From positions 128,001-192,000 of the forward strand of contig CAVOHZ010000003.1 in assembly GCA_963695855.1 (NCBI GenBank): 64,000 bases of DNA, given 5' to 3'. Positions 1 through 10,597 of the stretch are shown here, piece by piece; within the stretch, counting starts at the first letter, position 1, and each line of letters begins with the position of its first letter. Below the pieces are notes generated by a model that was given only the letters and a program-made list of their open reading frames with translations, made no database searches and was not told the origin of the DNA. The position numbers were made by a program, and so were the translations under genes. The stretch is from an uncultured Nitrososphaerales archaeon. Its GTDB lineage: Archaea > Thermoproteota > Nitrososphaeria > Nitrososphaerales > Nitrososphaeraceae.

Positions 1-539
1 GAATTAATTAAATATCCACCAATATTACCACTTTTTTCTGGGTGAAATTGAAATCCGAAAATATTTTTATTCAAATGCTTAAATATTTCAAATTTATTAT
101 CTGGAGAGCTTGCTAGGCATTCCAATTGTGATGAAATTTTGGATATACAGTATTTGTGACTCTGATAAGCACTAAATGAATAATTTGTAGGCAAAGATAA
201 AAAATCTTTCAAAATTGTTATTTTTTTAAAACCTTGTATTACTTGATCCATTCTGTATAATGAACCTCCGAAATAAAGATTTATCATCTCCGCGCCATAA
301 CAGATGCCTAGAAGTGGAATATCTGTTTGATAACAATATCTTATTATTCTGGTATTGACCATATTTGTTTCTTTATTAATTTTCTTCCTTCCAGATAAAA
401 TGATGGAATCATAATCATCCAATCTGTCAATGTTTACTTGTGAATACAATTTACAAAAAAAAATTTTATTAAATCTTACAACATGAAAAAGGATATCCCT
501 AGTAAAAGGTGAGGTGTTATCTACTATCAATGTGTTCAT
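1..539 (-). CDS. class I glutamine amidotransferase (GMP synthase A-like), runs off the window edge
   Basis: Manual translation from ATG 539: MNTLIVDN...PLLGICYGAE...QFHPEKS, giving the Cys-His-Glu triad motifs. No stop before position 1. Not in the ORF track. Confidence 0.85.
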   Translation of the reverse strand, partial: MNTLIVDNTSPFTRDILFHVVRFNKIFFCKLYSQVNIDRLDDYDSIILSGRKKINKETNMVNTRIIRYCYQTDIPLLGICYGAEMINLYFGGSLYRMDQVIQGFKKITILKDFLSLPTNYSFSAYQSHKYCISKISSQLECLASSPDNKFEIFKHLNKNIFGFQFHPEKSGNIGGYLIN

Positions 540-1107
540 TAGTAAGCAAAATGATGGTACATTATTTTTAGCTTTACATGTTTTAATATGTTTCTTAAAT
601 TTGTAATATTGCGTCAAATTTGCATCGATTATCCAACAAGTTCTCTAACATGTTCCATTATTTAATAGATAACAAGAATAATGAAGTATTGATAATCTCA
701 TAATTTTGGCTTAATAAAAATAAAGGTTACCTCTTAGAAATGTTTACTTATGAACAATATTTTTTCACCAATTACACAACTAATATAATCTTCATTTTTT
801 TGGTATTTTGTGAATAATTTTCTAAATATAGTACACTTAGAATTTTTTCGATCATTATCACTACCAAATTCTCAATATATGTAACGTTACAGAGAGTAAT
901 ACTTGTTTCGTTGTCTCTCCAGTATGTTCATGCTTTTATGTAAATTTTGAAATTGATTAATTGCGTTTGGACCGTTATATTAGTACTTGGTGTAAATAAA
1001 CAACTATAAATGTAAACCAAGTAATGTCTCTTCAAACAATCATGTTGTTTTTGTTTAAAATATAATTTTAATACCACTAAATTAATAGTAATATACTGTA
1101 ATATTCA

Positions 1108-2253
1108 TTATAGTACATCAGCTAAACTTTTTGACACTAAATAAATAGCTACTGGATAAGGAACTGTCGTTGAGGAATTATCAAAATGATATTTTTTTTG
1201 TTTGAAAATTAATTTTAACTTTGTTTTAACATTTATGTCTATATTTTCATTTTCTTGAAAAAGAGACGCATCTGAAAAAGGATCGAAAGTATCTAGGTTC
1301 TTGCACTTGACTTTTGAAAGACCACTTTTACTATTAATTGATCCGGCCATTCTAAATATTCTATGAATATCCATGGTAACATAAGGATCTATTTTAACTC
1401 CGATTGTTTTCGTAATATTTTCAACCTCTTTCTTAAATTCATCATATCCACCAATTTTCTTTATGTATTTTGATAACTTATCGTTAGAAACACTCGACAG
1501 ATTTAATTTGTTAATTATTTTTTTTCGCCAACCATATGAGAACCCACTTTGAGGTAGTTTCACAGTCAAGTTATCTTTGATATTTCGCGCACCAAGACTA
1601 CCCAAAGAAATATTCTTGCCCATCAAATAACCCGCAAGATCACTTCTAGCTTTTGAATCCAAAGTAAAATATTTTTGATCTATTGCAGTAATATGAAATC
1701 CTGTATTTCCAGAAAAATAAATAAAGATATATTTACTATCTATTCCAAAATCTTCAGTAAGAAATGAAATTAATTTTTTAGTTTCTTTTTTGAGAATATT
1801 TATACAAGTATGACATGGAATAACAATAGAATGTATCTTAGTACTTTTACATAGATCACAAATTTTCATCAATTTTTGACTAACAATTCCGCATTCTTTG
1901 CAAATAAAGTATGTATGTTGCATCAGACATGGTGAGGCCAGATCTTTCAAATCTATATCAAAAATAAGATCAGCTCCGATCCATCTTTTTTCGTTCATTG
2001 GAAATGTCGGAAATTCGTAATATGAATTGGAATAATATATATCTGATGGAACATTTTGTAAAAGATATGCATTTAATTGACCCATATCGTCAAATGAAAT
2101 ATGTCTTATCATATCGGATTCAAAATTCATGAATCCAAATTCTCGTTGTGAAATATTATGGGGACATTCCAAAATGTCTGTATTTTTAAAATAATATTCC
2201 TTGAAGGATTTTTGTAGAAAGTGCAGATTTTTATTATTTGGTTTAATATTCAT
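1108..2253 (-). CDS. priS: DNA primase small subunit
   Basis: QREFGF, ADLIFDID, FSGNTGFH and RIFRMAGSINSKS motifs; adjacent to priL. Confidence 0.95.
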   Translation of the reverse strand: MNIKPNNKNLHFLQKSFKEYYFKNTDILECPHNISQREFGFMNFESDMIRHISFDDMGQLNAYLLQNVPSDIYYSNSYYEFPTFPMNEKRWIGADLIFDIDLKDLASPCLMQHTYFICKECGIVSQKLMKICDLCKSTKIHSIVIPCHTCINILKKETKKLISFLTEDFGIDSKYIFIYFSGNTGFHITAIDQKYFTLDSKARSDLAGYLMGKNISLGSLGARNIKDNLTVKLPQSGFSYGWRKKIINKLNLSSVSNDKLSKYIKKIGGYDEFKKEVENITKTIGVKIDPYVTMDIHRIFRMAGSINSKSGLSKVKCKNLDTFDPFSDASLFQENENIDINVKTKLKLIFKQKKYHFDNSSTTVPYPVAIYLVSKSLADVL

Positions 2254-2255
2254 TT

Positions 2256-3275
2256 TTATTTTTGTAATTTGTTTCTGCCAAATTGTAGGGGATTATTTAT
2301 TCCTTTACATTCATGAGTATAAAAACATAAATTTTCATTAGCAAGTTTGGAGCAGGAAGGCACTGAATATTTTGTTAAGCTGCCTCTTTGACCAGAGAGG
2401 TGTTCTACTTGATATCTGGTTATCCGTTCATTAAAATCAGGAGCATTCTTGAATAAATCGATAACTTCTTCGCTACCTTTTCCGCAAGTTAGCATATAAG
2501 TTGCTAAAAGAAATCTGGCAGAATGTGGTAAATTTTCATTTTTATTTAGCAAGTCAAGTGCATGATTAATACAAGGAGGATATCTTAAAGTTTTAGTCTG
2601 GAATTTCACTGGAAGAACTACTTTGTTTTTAATTGAATGTGCGTACAAATTTATCGTATCAGGAAATTTTTCTATTTCCATTGCTTTTATTTTATTGTAT
2701 ATCAGTATAGATAGCTCATTTCTAATAAGTCGAACAGTCTCTTCAACATCCAGGTACACCAGTCCTCCATTAACGGAGCGATTAATTAATTTCCATTCTT
2801 GTTCGTGAAATGAAGTTGATCTAACAAGATAATCTGAAATTCTCATTTTGAAAAGATTTGGAGTAAACTCGTGCAAAACTATTTTAAGATCAAAAAGTTC
2901 ATCAAAAATTTTCGAGATCAAGAGTTTTTTCTTTTTTACATCTTTTTCATGACGTAAGTCATCTATTAGAAACGATTCCACCCTCATTGCCTCTAGGAGA
3001 CAATATTTTTTTGTAACAGATTCAATATTGATACATTTTATCATTATTAATGAGATAAGAAATGTAAAGAGGTCAATATCGTATTTTTCTAATTCTAGAA
3101 AGACATTTCCAGTCAGTATTTCATACTCTATTCTGGTTTTAGCTTTTTCCAAAATATGATTGAATTCAGGTCTAGCAAACTCCTCTATACTAAAATGAGT
3201 TTCTTTCACATACATACCTGCTTCCTTTAAAAAGGGATACTTTGCTAGATCATCCTTTCCCAATACAATGCTCAA
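2256..3275 (-). CDS. priL: DNA primase large subunit
   Basis: AKYPF, YPPCI, LPHSARF, TRYQVEH, PSC..C..C Fe-S motifs. Confidence 0.95.
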   Translation of the reverse strand: MSIVLGKDDLAKYPFLKEAGMYVKETHFSIEEFARPEFNHILEKAKTRIEYEILTGNVFLELEKYDIDLFTFLISLIMIKCINIESVTKKYCLLEAMRVESFLIDDLRHEKDVKKKKLLISKIFDELFDLKIVLHEFTPNLFKMRISDYLVRSTSFHEQEWKLINRSVNGGLVYLDVEETVRLIRNELSILIYNKIKAMEIEKFPDTINLYAHSIKNKVVLPVKFQTKTLRYPPCINHALDLLNKNENLPHSARFLLATYMLTCGKGSEEVIDLFKNAPDFNERITRYQVEHLSGQRGSLTKYSVPSCSKLANENLCFYTHECKGINNPLQFGRNKLQK

Positions 3276-3350
3276 TATATTATTAATAAATAAAGACCGA
3301 AATAAAAAACTACGTAACGATATTATCTACCGTACCAGCTCATTATCATT

Positions 3351-4229
3351 ATGAAAAATTTTGGCTTAAAAATTGGTTTTCATGTTTCTATATCAGGATC
3401 AATTATCAACGCTATTATAAATGCTGAAGATCTTAATTGCACTGCTTTCCAAATATTTAGTAGAAATCCCCGTGGCTGGAATGCAAAACCATTAGGAAGA
3501 GAAGACATCCAATCTTTTAAAAAAATGATTGATGAAAGCTATATTGATAAAAGATTTATTATCGTTCATATGCCTTATCTTCCCAATTTAGCGTCTCCTG
3601 ATGGAGAATCATATTATAAATCCAAAAGTACACTCTACGAGGAGATAACTAGATGTAGTTTACTAGGAATTTCTAGCATCGTTCTGCATCTTGGGAGTCA
3701 TTTGGGTAGTGGTAAACAAAATGGTATTAACCAAATTATCAACGCATGTAATTTTGCCATAGATACATTTAAATCCAATTATAAAAGACATGTTGCTCTA
3801 AATATTATATTTGAGAATAGTTCGGGTCAAAAAAATAGCATAGGTAGTAAATTTGAGGAAATTAGAATTTTGTTAGATCAGTTAAATGATAAGAAATATG
3901 CTGTTTGCTTGGATACCTGTCACGCATTTGCAGCAGGATATGATTTAAGAACTGCAGAGGAAGTAAGCAAAGTCTTCAAAAAATTCGATGATATTATTGG
4001 AATAAGAAACCTTAAAGTATTGCATTTAAATGATTCTAAAGGTCAGCTCAATGAAAACAAAGACAGACATGAACATATTGGACTTGGTTCAATAGGAAAA
4101 CAAGGAATGAAGGAAATATTAAAAATTAAATATCTTAGGCAAATCCCCATTATTATGGAAACTCCAGTTGATGATATAAGGGGGAACAAAGATAATATGA
4201 AAGCTGTCGTTGAACTGTTTAATAATTGA
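3351..4229 (+). CDS. nfo: endonuclease IV (AP endonuclease)
   Basis: HMPYLPNL, CLDTCHAFAAGY, HLNDSK, DRHEHIG, ETP motifs. Confidence 0.95.
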   Translation: MKNFGLKIGFHVSISGSIINAIINAEDLNCTAFQIFSRNPRGWNAKPLGREDIQSFKKMIDESYIDKRFIIVHMPYLPNLASPDGESYYKSKSTLYEEITRCSLLGISSIVLHLGSHLGSGKQNGINQIINACNFAIDTFKSNYKRHVALNIIFENSSGQKNSIGSKFEEIRILLDQLNDKKYAVCLDTCHAFAAGYDLRTAEEVSKVFKKFDDIIGIRNLKVLHLNDSKGQLNENKDRHEHIGLGSIGKQGMKEILKIKYLRQIPIIMETPVDDIRGNKDNMKAVVELFNN

Positions 4230-4294
4230 TAGAAAATTGGAAAATTTGATTATTCAACAGGAGATAAGAAAATTATATTGAGGATGAAGAATTA

Positions 4295-5752
4295 ATGACA
4301 AATTATGATACAATTATGAAGCTGTCGCTTGAGAGAGGTTTTTACTTTCCAAGTTCAGAAATTTATTCTGACGCGCCAGCAGGATTTTGGGATTACGGAC
4401 CAAATGGAGTAAATTTAAAAAATAAATTCATAGAATTATGGAGAAGGGAATTGATTAGAAGGGACGGTATGGTGGAAATTGATGGCTCTCAAATTATGAG
4501 TAAGAGTGTATTCAAGGCTTCTGGACATATTGATAATTTTTCAGATCCAGTAATAAAATGCATAAAATCTAACCACACCCTACGAGCAGACAAGTTTATA
4601 AACGAAAAAATCGATTTAAATATTCCTGAAGGATTAAAAAATGAAGAGATTGACACGATAATATTAAAAAATCAATTATTGTGTCCCAGTTGTAAATCAA
4701 AATTTAAAAGTACAGAAAGATTTAACATGATGTTTAAAGTAGAAATAGGTCCAAATAAAGACGAAGCATATCTTAGACCAGAAACATGTCAGACCATTTT
4801 TGTTGATTTTTCACGAATATTCAAAGTTATGCGAGGCAGATTCCCATTTGCAGTTGGACAAATAGGAAAGAGTTTTAGAAATGAAATAGCACCAAGACAA
4901 AGTCTTTTAAGACTAAGAGAGTTTTATCAAGCTGAAATAGAGATATTTTGTAATCCAAATAAATTAAATAGTTTATCAAAATTTGAAGAAATTAAAGACA
5001 CAAATTTAAGAATTCAAATAGATTCAGAAATTAATGAAATAACCACAGAAGAGGCTTGGAAGAAAAAAATAATACCTAATAAATTAATTGGATATTATCT
5101 ATCCCTGTTAGCCCTATTTTATGAAAAAACAGGAATAGATATGAAAAAAACACGATTCAGAAAGTTAGCTGAAGATGAAAAAGCATTTTATGCAAATATT
5201 GCTTTTGATTTTGAGGTTGGAACAAGTTTGGGTTGGTTAGAACTGGTTGCATGTAACTATCGTTCGGATTATGATTTGAAACAACATTCATCATTGAGTA
5301 AGGAGAAGATGGAGGTTATAGACCCTGACACTCAGGAAAAAATTCTTCCTCATGTATTTGAATTATCATTAGGAATAGATCGAAGTGTATATACAATTTT
5401 GGAACATTCTTTTTTTCAAGATACAGATAATAAAAGAACGGTATTAAGATTAAATCCTCACCTAGCTCCAATTAGTATTGGAATTCTTCCTTTGATGAGG
5501 AATGAAGATATAGAAAATATATCAAGACGTATTCACCATAATTTGAGAAGAAATTACGACACCTTTTATGATGCTTCTGGTTCGATAGGAAGAAGATATA
5601 GAAGATTAGAAGAAATAGGTGTACCATATGCAATTACTATTGATCATACTAGTAAAACTGACAATACTGTCACAATAAGGTATAGGGACACAATGGAACA
5701 AACAAGAATCAAAATAGATGAAATTAATGATTTTTTCGCTAAATCAATTTAA
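4295..5752 (+). CDS. glyS: glycine--tRNA ligase (alpha2 type)
   Basis: YLRPETCQ, SFRNEIAPR, LRLREFYQAE, SIGRRYRR motifs. Confidence 0.95.
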   Translation: MTNYDTIMKLSLERGFYFPSSEIYSDAPAGFWDYGPNGVNLKNKFIELWRRELIRRDGMVEIDGSQIMSKSVFKASGHIDNFSDPVIKCIKSNHTLRADKFINEKIDLNIPEGLKNEEIDTIILKNQLLCPSCKSKFKSTERFNMMFKVEIGPNKDEAYLRPETCQTIFVDFSRIFKVMRGRFPFAVGQIGKSFRNEIAPRQSLLRLREFYQAEIEIFCNPNKLNSLSKFEEIKDTNLRIQIDSEINEITTEEAWKKKIIPNKLIGYYLSLLALFYEKTGIDMKKTRFRKLAEDEKAFYANIAFDFEVGTSLGWLELVACNYRSDYDLKQHSSLSKEKMEVIDPDTQEKILPHVFELSLGIDRSVYTILEHSFFQDTDNKRTVLRLNPHLAPISIGILPLMRNEDIENISRRIHHNLRRNYDTFYDASGSIGRRYRRLEEIGVPYAITIDHTSKTDNTVTIRYRDTMEQTRIKIDEINDFFAKSI

Positions 5753-5789
5753 GTAACACTCCTAATATCACCTTCTAGAAAGACAAGAT

Positions 5790-6206
5790 ATGAAATTAGA
5801 TAAAGGAAGAGTAATTAACAATCGCAAGAAAGACGTTGAAAGAGATAAACTTGCTTTCGAGAAATGGATTATCATGGTAAAAGATTATGAAAATCACGAA
5901 GAAAAAGATCCGAAAATTTTTATAAGGCAATTTATGGCAGAGGGATATTATGACGCATATGACATAGCAAGATCGTATGCAGAAAGGTCAAACCTGGAGA
6001 TAGTATGGTTTAAAGAAAAAAGGCTATGTCCTGAATATTATTCAAAGTATTTTCCTTGGCTAGAATTTTTTTGTACTTACTGCAATAGAAAATTTAATGA
6101 TAAAGACCCTTTAGTTTGTAACATAAAACTATGTCAAGCAATATTATGTTCTAGGAATTGTATTAACAATCATATCCAATTAAGACATAAAGAATTTAAA
6201 GGCTAA
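5790..6206 (+). CDS. hypothetical protein with Cys/His-rich C-terminus (putative zinc finger)
   Basis: 138-aa ORF; CTYC...C...C...CSRNC...H...H. Confidence 0.7.
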   Translation: MKLDKGRVINNRKKDVERDKLAFEKWIIMVKDYENHEEKDPKIFIRQFMAEGYYDAYDIARSYAERSNLEIVWFKEKRLCPEYYSKYFPWLEFFCTYCNRKFNDKDPLVCNIKLCQAILCSRNCINNHIQLRHKEFKG

Positions 6207-6250
6207 TTTAGTTGGGAAGGGGTGATACTAAAACTATAAAAAGAAGTAGA

Positions 6251-6850
6251 TCAGACTTTTATCAGTTCAGCATCAAAAAGCTGTTCTAGCAACTGTAATA
6301 TTTCTTGTTCGATTTGTTGTCTTGGTAGTCCTAGTTTTTCTGAGAAGTGATCTGCTAATTGAGTGATGGTTTTTGTACTATCGCAAGAATCCCAAAATTT
6401 TACTATTGCATCATTTACCATGAAACTCTTCTTGTCATTGTTTATTAAGATGAAAGAACCGTCTTCAGCTTTGGTAAACGAACCTTGTTTTTGTGGCTTC
6501 GCTGTTTCATAGTCAATCTGAAATCGAAGTTTTGGTTTACCAAAACCTAATCGTTCCCTTGCCTGAGGATCCATTTTTTCGATAGTCCATGGAGGATCCC
6601 ATACTATATCCACATTTATATCGCCAATACCATCTATTTTTTCCAAGTTTCGTTTTACATCACTCACCAAAGTATTGTGAAGAGGACAGCCTCTTGTTGT
6701 CATTGTCATTGTAATCTCAACATGATTTTTCTCATTCACGGTTACCCCATATATCAATCCTAGGTCTACTATATTCACTGGTATTTCTGGATCCATGCAT
6801 TTCTTTAACTGACTATAAACCTGATCTTTAGTAACAATTTGAGATGACAT
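6251..6850 (-). CDS. DUF59/SufT-type Fe-S assembly factor fused to a PqqD-like C-terminal domain
   Basis: DPEIPVNIVDLGLIY, TTRGCP, VWDPPW; the C-terminal FW..CD..KTI.QL...F...LEQL..AELI pattern is PqqD-like. Confidence 0.85.
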   Translation of the reverse strand: MSSQIVTKDQVYSQLKKCMDPEIPVNIVDLGLIYGVTVNEKNHVEITMTMTTRGCPLHNTLVSDVKRNLEKIDGIGDINVDIVWDPPWTIEKMDPQARERLGFGKPKLRFQIDYETAKPQKQGSFTKAEDGSFILINNDKKSFMVNDAIVKFWDSCDSTKTITQLADHFSEKLGLPRQQIEQEILQLLEQLFDAELIKV

Positions 6851-6898
6851 CTATAAAAAATTATAGAGAAAGACGATAAAAATGTTATTGCATTTAAT

Positions 6899-7954
6899 TT
6901 ATTTTGTGTTCATCATAATTTTTATATTGCTTTTATATGGAGGAAAAATGATGCCTTTTTCCGTTATTATGGATGTGATAAGATCCGGAGGAGTAATATC
7001 AAACGCAGGATTTATTACTTTTATATTAGTAGGTGCAATATTTTTTTTCCCTATCTTTGTAACTTCTTCCTTAGGACGTTCTTCTATCACAATATCGTCA
7101 ATATCATTCTTTAAATCAAAGCTAGATAATGGAGCAGCAACGTAAAATGGTATATTATGGTTTTTAGCCAAAACAGCTATTTGGTAAGTTCCAATTTTAT
7201 TAAATACATGACCCGTATGCAAAATTCTGTCTGCACCAACTATAACATGTTTAATCCCGCCTTTTGTCATAAGATATCCAACTGCTGTGTCAGGAATGAT
7301 GCTAACATCAATATTGTCGTATTGTAATTCAAATGCCGTTAATCGAGAGCCTTGCATAACAGGTCTTGTTTCAGTAGCTATAACACGAATCTCTTTTCCA
7401 GATTCTTTAGCAGATCTTATTACACCTAATGCTGTTCCATATGCCACAGTAGCTAAAGACCCTGCATTACAATGCGTCATTATGGTGTCTCCATCTGAAA
7501 AAAGAATTTCGCCTATACTGCCCATTGATCGGTTAATGAAAATATCCTCTTCTGCCATTTGAATTGCTTCGTCTAACATGATCTGCCTCACTTTAGAAAC
7601 GCTCTGAATATTTTGTATCTTTCGCATTAAACGATCTAGACCCCATTGAAGATTAATTGCAGTAGGCCTAGTTGATCTAATTACGTTATAGGCTTTGTTT
7701 AAATCTTTTAGTAACGACCCAATATTGCGCGAATTGCTTCTTCTGGCTGCAAGTACTAATCCAAAAGCTGCAGCTACTCCTATGGCAGGTGCTCCTCTAA
7801 CTATCATTTGTTTAATTGCTGCAGCAACATCTTGGTAGGTTTTACAATATACATATGATAACTTTCTAGGTAATTTTGTTTGATCAATTAATATTAGTGA
7901 ATCGTCCTTCCATTGAACTGTAAGAAGCATATTATTACCCTTCATTTTAGACAA
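6899..7954 (-). CDS. mtnA: methylthioribose-1-phosphate isomerase
   Basis: DQTKLP, VRGAPAIG, TRPTAINL, THCNAGSLAT, ETRPVMQGSRLTA, NKIGTY. Confidence 0.92.
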   Translation of the reverse strand: MSKMKGNNMLLTVQWKDDSLILIDQTKLPRKLSYVYCKTYQDVAAAIKQMIVRGAPAIGVAAAFGLVLAARRSNSRNIGSLLKDLNKAYNVIRSTRPTAINLQWGLDRLMRKIQNIQSVSKVRQIMLDEAIQMAEEDIFINRSMGSIGEILFSDGDTIMTHCNAGSLATVAYGTALGVIRSAKESGKEIRVIATETRPVMQGSRLTAFELQYDNIDVSIIPDTAVGYLMTKGGIKHVIVGADRILHTGHVFNKIGTYQIAVLAKNHNIPFYVAAPLSSFDLKNDIDDIVIEERPKEEVTKIGKKNIAPTNIKVINPAFDITPPDLITSIITEKGIIFPPYKSNIKIMMNTK

Positions 7955-7982
7955 GATGTGATAAGTAGAGATTTCACTTATA

Positions 7983-9407
7983 TTAATTTAAAATATTGTC
8001 GTATTTTCCCAATCCAATTACCGAATATACATTATTTGAATAGCGTTCTCTATCTAGAATTCCTCTTCCATCATATATTGGAATATTAGTTATATCACTA
8101 ACTATGGTTATGTACTCTAAATGATCTGTTAAGATCATGATTAAATCTGTTTTCTGTATTGATTTACAAAAATTGTTGTAGAATGATGTATTTGGAAATT
8201 TTGTGATCGAATCATCATTTTCAATTAATGGATCATGTACCCTTATCTCCTTAACTTTTAAAGTATTTAATACCTTTATGACTTCATATGTTGGTGATAA
8301 TCTTGTATCCGTTACACCTCCACGAAATGCTAGACCTAAAAGAGTAATTGTCAGGTTGGTGCATTTTTTAGATCTTACTAACTTTAAAGCTTGTTTGACA
8401 CAATATTTGGGCATAGTGTTATTTATTATTCTCCCTAACTTGGTCATTTTACTATTTATTCCAAGATTCTTTGAACTATTTATTATAAATTGGGGATATA
8501 TCGGAATACATGCTCCTCCCACACCTACACCAGGTCTATGAATATGACAATAGGGTTGAGAGTTTGCAGCTGACCTCACTTCCCAGAAATCAATACCCAA
8601 ATTTTCTGAATATATCGCCAACTCATTTGCTAGAGCGATATTTACATCCCTATAAACACCTTCAAATAATTTTTCAGTTTCAGCAGATTTTATGTTACTC
8701 ATAGATATGATTCCTCTTTGATAAATCCTAGAGAAGAGCTTAGCACCAAATATTAAACTTTTTTTTCCATATCCTGAAATAATTCCAGGATAATTTGATT
8801 CTATATCCTCAATAGCTCTTCCCTCATATATCCTCTCCGGATTGTAAACAACATAAAAATCATCTTCTACCTTCAATCCACTATATTTTTCCAATATTGG
8901 GACAACTAAATCCTCTGTTGTTCCAGGAGGAACGCTTGGGTTAAGGGAGACAATATCATTTTTTTTCAAACCTTTGGCAATTTCTTTAGTTACGGTTTTG
9001 ACAGCTATTAAATCTGCACTACCATCTGGAGCCAAGACAGGGACACATATCATCTTTAATAGTGAATCACGTGATGCTTTGACCAAATCACTATACACAA
9101 AAAATCGTTTATTAAATATGCCTTCACCAAAAGCCTCACTAACTCCAGGTTCAGGAATGTGAGTTTTTCCTTTTTTTGCTAAATCCACAACTTTATTTGA
9201 CTTATCAATCCCTATTACACACGCACCTGAGCGAAGCCAAGTAGCAGCAAGAGGAGATCCCACATGTCCTAATCCGTATATGGATATCTTATAGTGACCT
9301 GAAGTTATTTTATCATCTAGTTCCAATAAAAATGACTCGAGGTTAATTTGAGCAAAATTATTTTTTACTTTTTTATTATTTCGTTTACTAATTTTTACAT
9401 TATTCAT
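7983..9407 (-). CDS. nucleotide-sugar dehydrogenase (UDP-ManNAc/UDP-GlcNAc dehydrogenase family)
   Basis: GLGHVG, PERIYEG, YRDVNIALANE, PGVGVGGACIP, DTRLSP. Confidence 0.9.
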   Translation of the reverse strand: MNNVKISKRNNKKVKNNFAQINLESFLLELDDKITSGHYKISIYGLGHVGSPLAATWLRSGACVIGIDKSNKVVDLAKKGKTHIPEPGVSEAFGEGIFNKRFFVYSDLVKASRDSLLKMICVPVLAPDGSADLIAVKTVTKEIAKGLKKNDIVSLNPSVPPGTTEDLVVPILEKYSGLKVEDDFYVVYNPERIYEGRAIEDIESNYPGIISGYGKKSLIFGAKLFSRIYQRGIISMSNIKSAETEKLFEGVYRDVNIALANELAIYSENLGIDFWEVRSAANSQPYCHIHRPGVGVGGACIPIYPQFIINSSKNLGINSKMTKLGRIINNTMPKYCVKQALKLVRSKKCTNLTITLLGLAFRGGVTDTRLSPTYEVIKVLNTLKVKEIRVHDPLIENDDSITKFPNTSFYNNFCKSIQKTDLIMILTDHLEYITIVSDITNIPIYDGRGILDRERYSNNVYSVIGLGKYDNILN

Positions 9408-9527
9408 GCTTTTTTAATTAGTATTGCATTATTTGTTTTTTTTTACTTTTTACTGATCCTAAGTAAAGAAATTAGTGGGATTTATTTCAATAACACAAGT
9501 ATTTTATGACCCTCGCGTAATAATTGA

Positions 9528-10577
9528 GTGTTGTCTAGAACCAATTTTGAAGATCATACAATCTGTACTCTTGGATCTCACTGTTCCTTACAGGTTTTAA
9601 AAGGTGCCAAAGATGAAGGTTTTAAAACTTTATTAATATGTGAGAAAAAGAGGGAAAATCTATATCGAAGATTCTCATTCATTGACGATTTTATTATAGT
9701 TGATAAATTCAGAGATATATTGAAAAAAACGGTCTTTCAGAAATTACCCAATGAAAAAGTATACATGATACCTCATGGAACGCTAATTTCTAATTTTCAG
9801 TTAGACGAGATAGAAAATTTAAACGTGCCATTTTTTGGAAATAAATATATTCTCAGATGGGAGGCAGATAGAGAATTAAAACAAAAAATGATGCAGCAAG
9901 CAAAACTATCTACTCCAAAAGCAATTAAAAACAAAAAGATGATAAAAAAACTTTCTATCGTGAAATTGCATGGAGCGGCAGGAGGTAAAGGATATTTTCT
10001 TGCGTGGAATGAAAGAAGTTTTTATGAGGGATGTAATAAATTAATTAAACAAAAAGTAATTAAAAGTGAGGATGATCTTTATATTCAAGAATATATTTTA
10101 GGTATTCCTGTTTATTTACAATTTTTTTATTCTCCTATAAAAAAAAATACAGAACTCATTGGCATTGATAGAAGATATGAATCAGACATTGATGGCATAG
10201 GACGTCTTCCAGCACATGTTCAACAAAATATTAATTTGAACCCATCATACAACGTGATAGGAAATTTTCCTCTTGTATTAAGGGAATCACTCTTACAAGA
10301 ACTCTTTATAATGGCAGATAGATTTGTCGATGTAACCAAAAAATTCGTATATCCAGGCATTCCAGGACCTTTCTGTCTCGAAGGTGTTTATGATAGTGAG
10401 GGTAATTTCACGGTATTTGAGTTTTCAGCTAGAATTGTTGCAGGAACTAATCTCTTTATCAATGGATCCCCGTACTCTGATCTATTATTCGAAGAGCCAA
10501 TGAGCATGGGGAGAAGAATTGCAAGAGAACTAAAAATAGCTATTAAGACAAATATGCTCTCAAAACTGGTTACATAG
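9528..10577 (+). CDS. purP: formate--phosphoribosylaminoimidazolecarboxamide ligase family (PurP)
   Basis: [50 protein letters not shown]. Confidence 0.9.
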   Translation: MLSRTNFEDHTICTLGSHCSLQVLKGAKDEGFKTLLICEKKRENLYRRFSFIDDFIIVDKFRDILKKTVFQKLPNEKVYMIPHGTLISNFQLDEIENLNVPFFGNKYILRWEADRELKQKMMQQAKLSTPKAIKNKKMIKKLSIVKLHGAAGGKGYFLAWNERSFYEGCNKLIKQKVIKSEDDLYIQEYILGIPVYLQFFYSPIKKNTELIGIDRRYESDIDGIGRLPAHVQQNINLNPSYNVIGNFPLVLRESLLQELFIMADRFVDVTKKFVYPGIPGPFCLEGVYDSEGNFTVFEFSARIVAGTNLFINGSPYSDLLFEEPMSMGRRIARELKIAIKTNMLSKLVT

Positions 10578-10597
10578 TTTAATATTAGATTTATTTA

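Noticed and set aside
880-891. 12-bp palindrome TGTAACGTTACA in the 540-1107 intergenic region
   Set aside because: Single occurrence in AT-rich DNA, far from a start codon; no ORB-like repeats or cdc6 to suggest an origin
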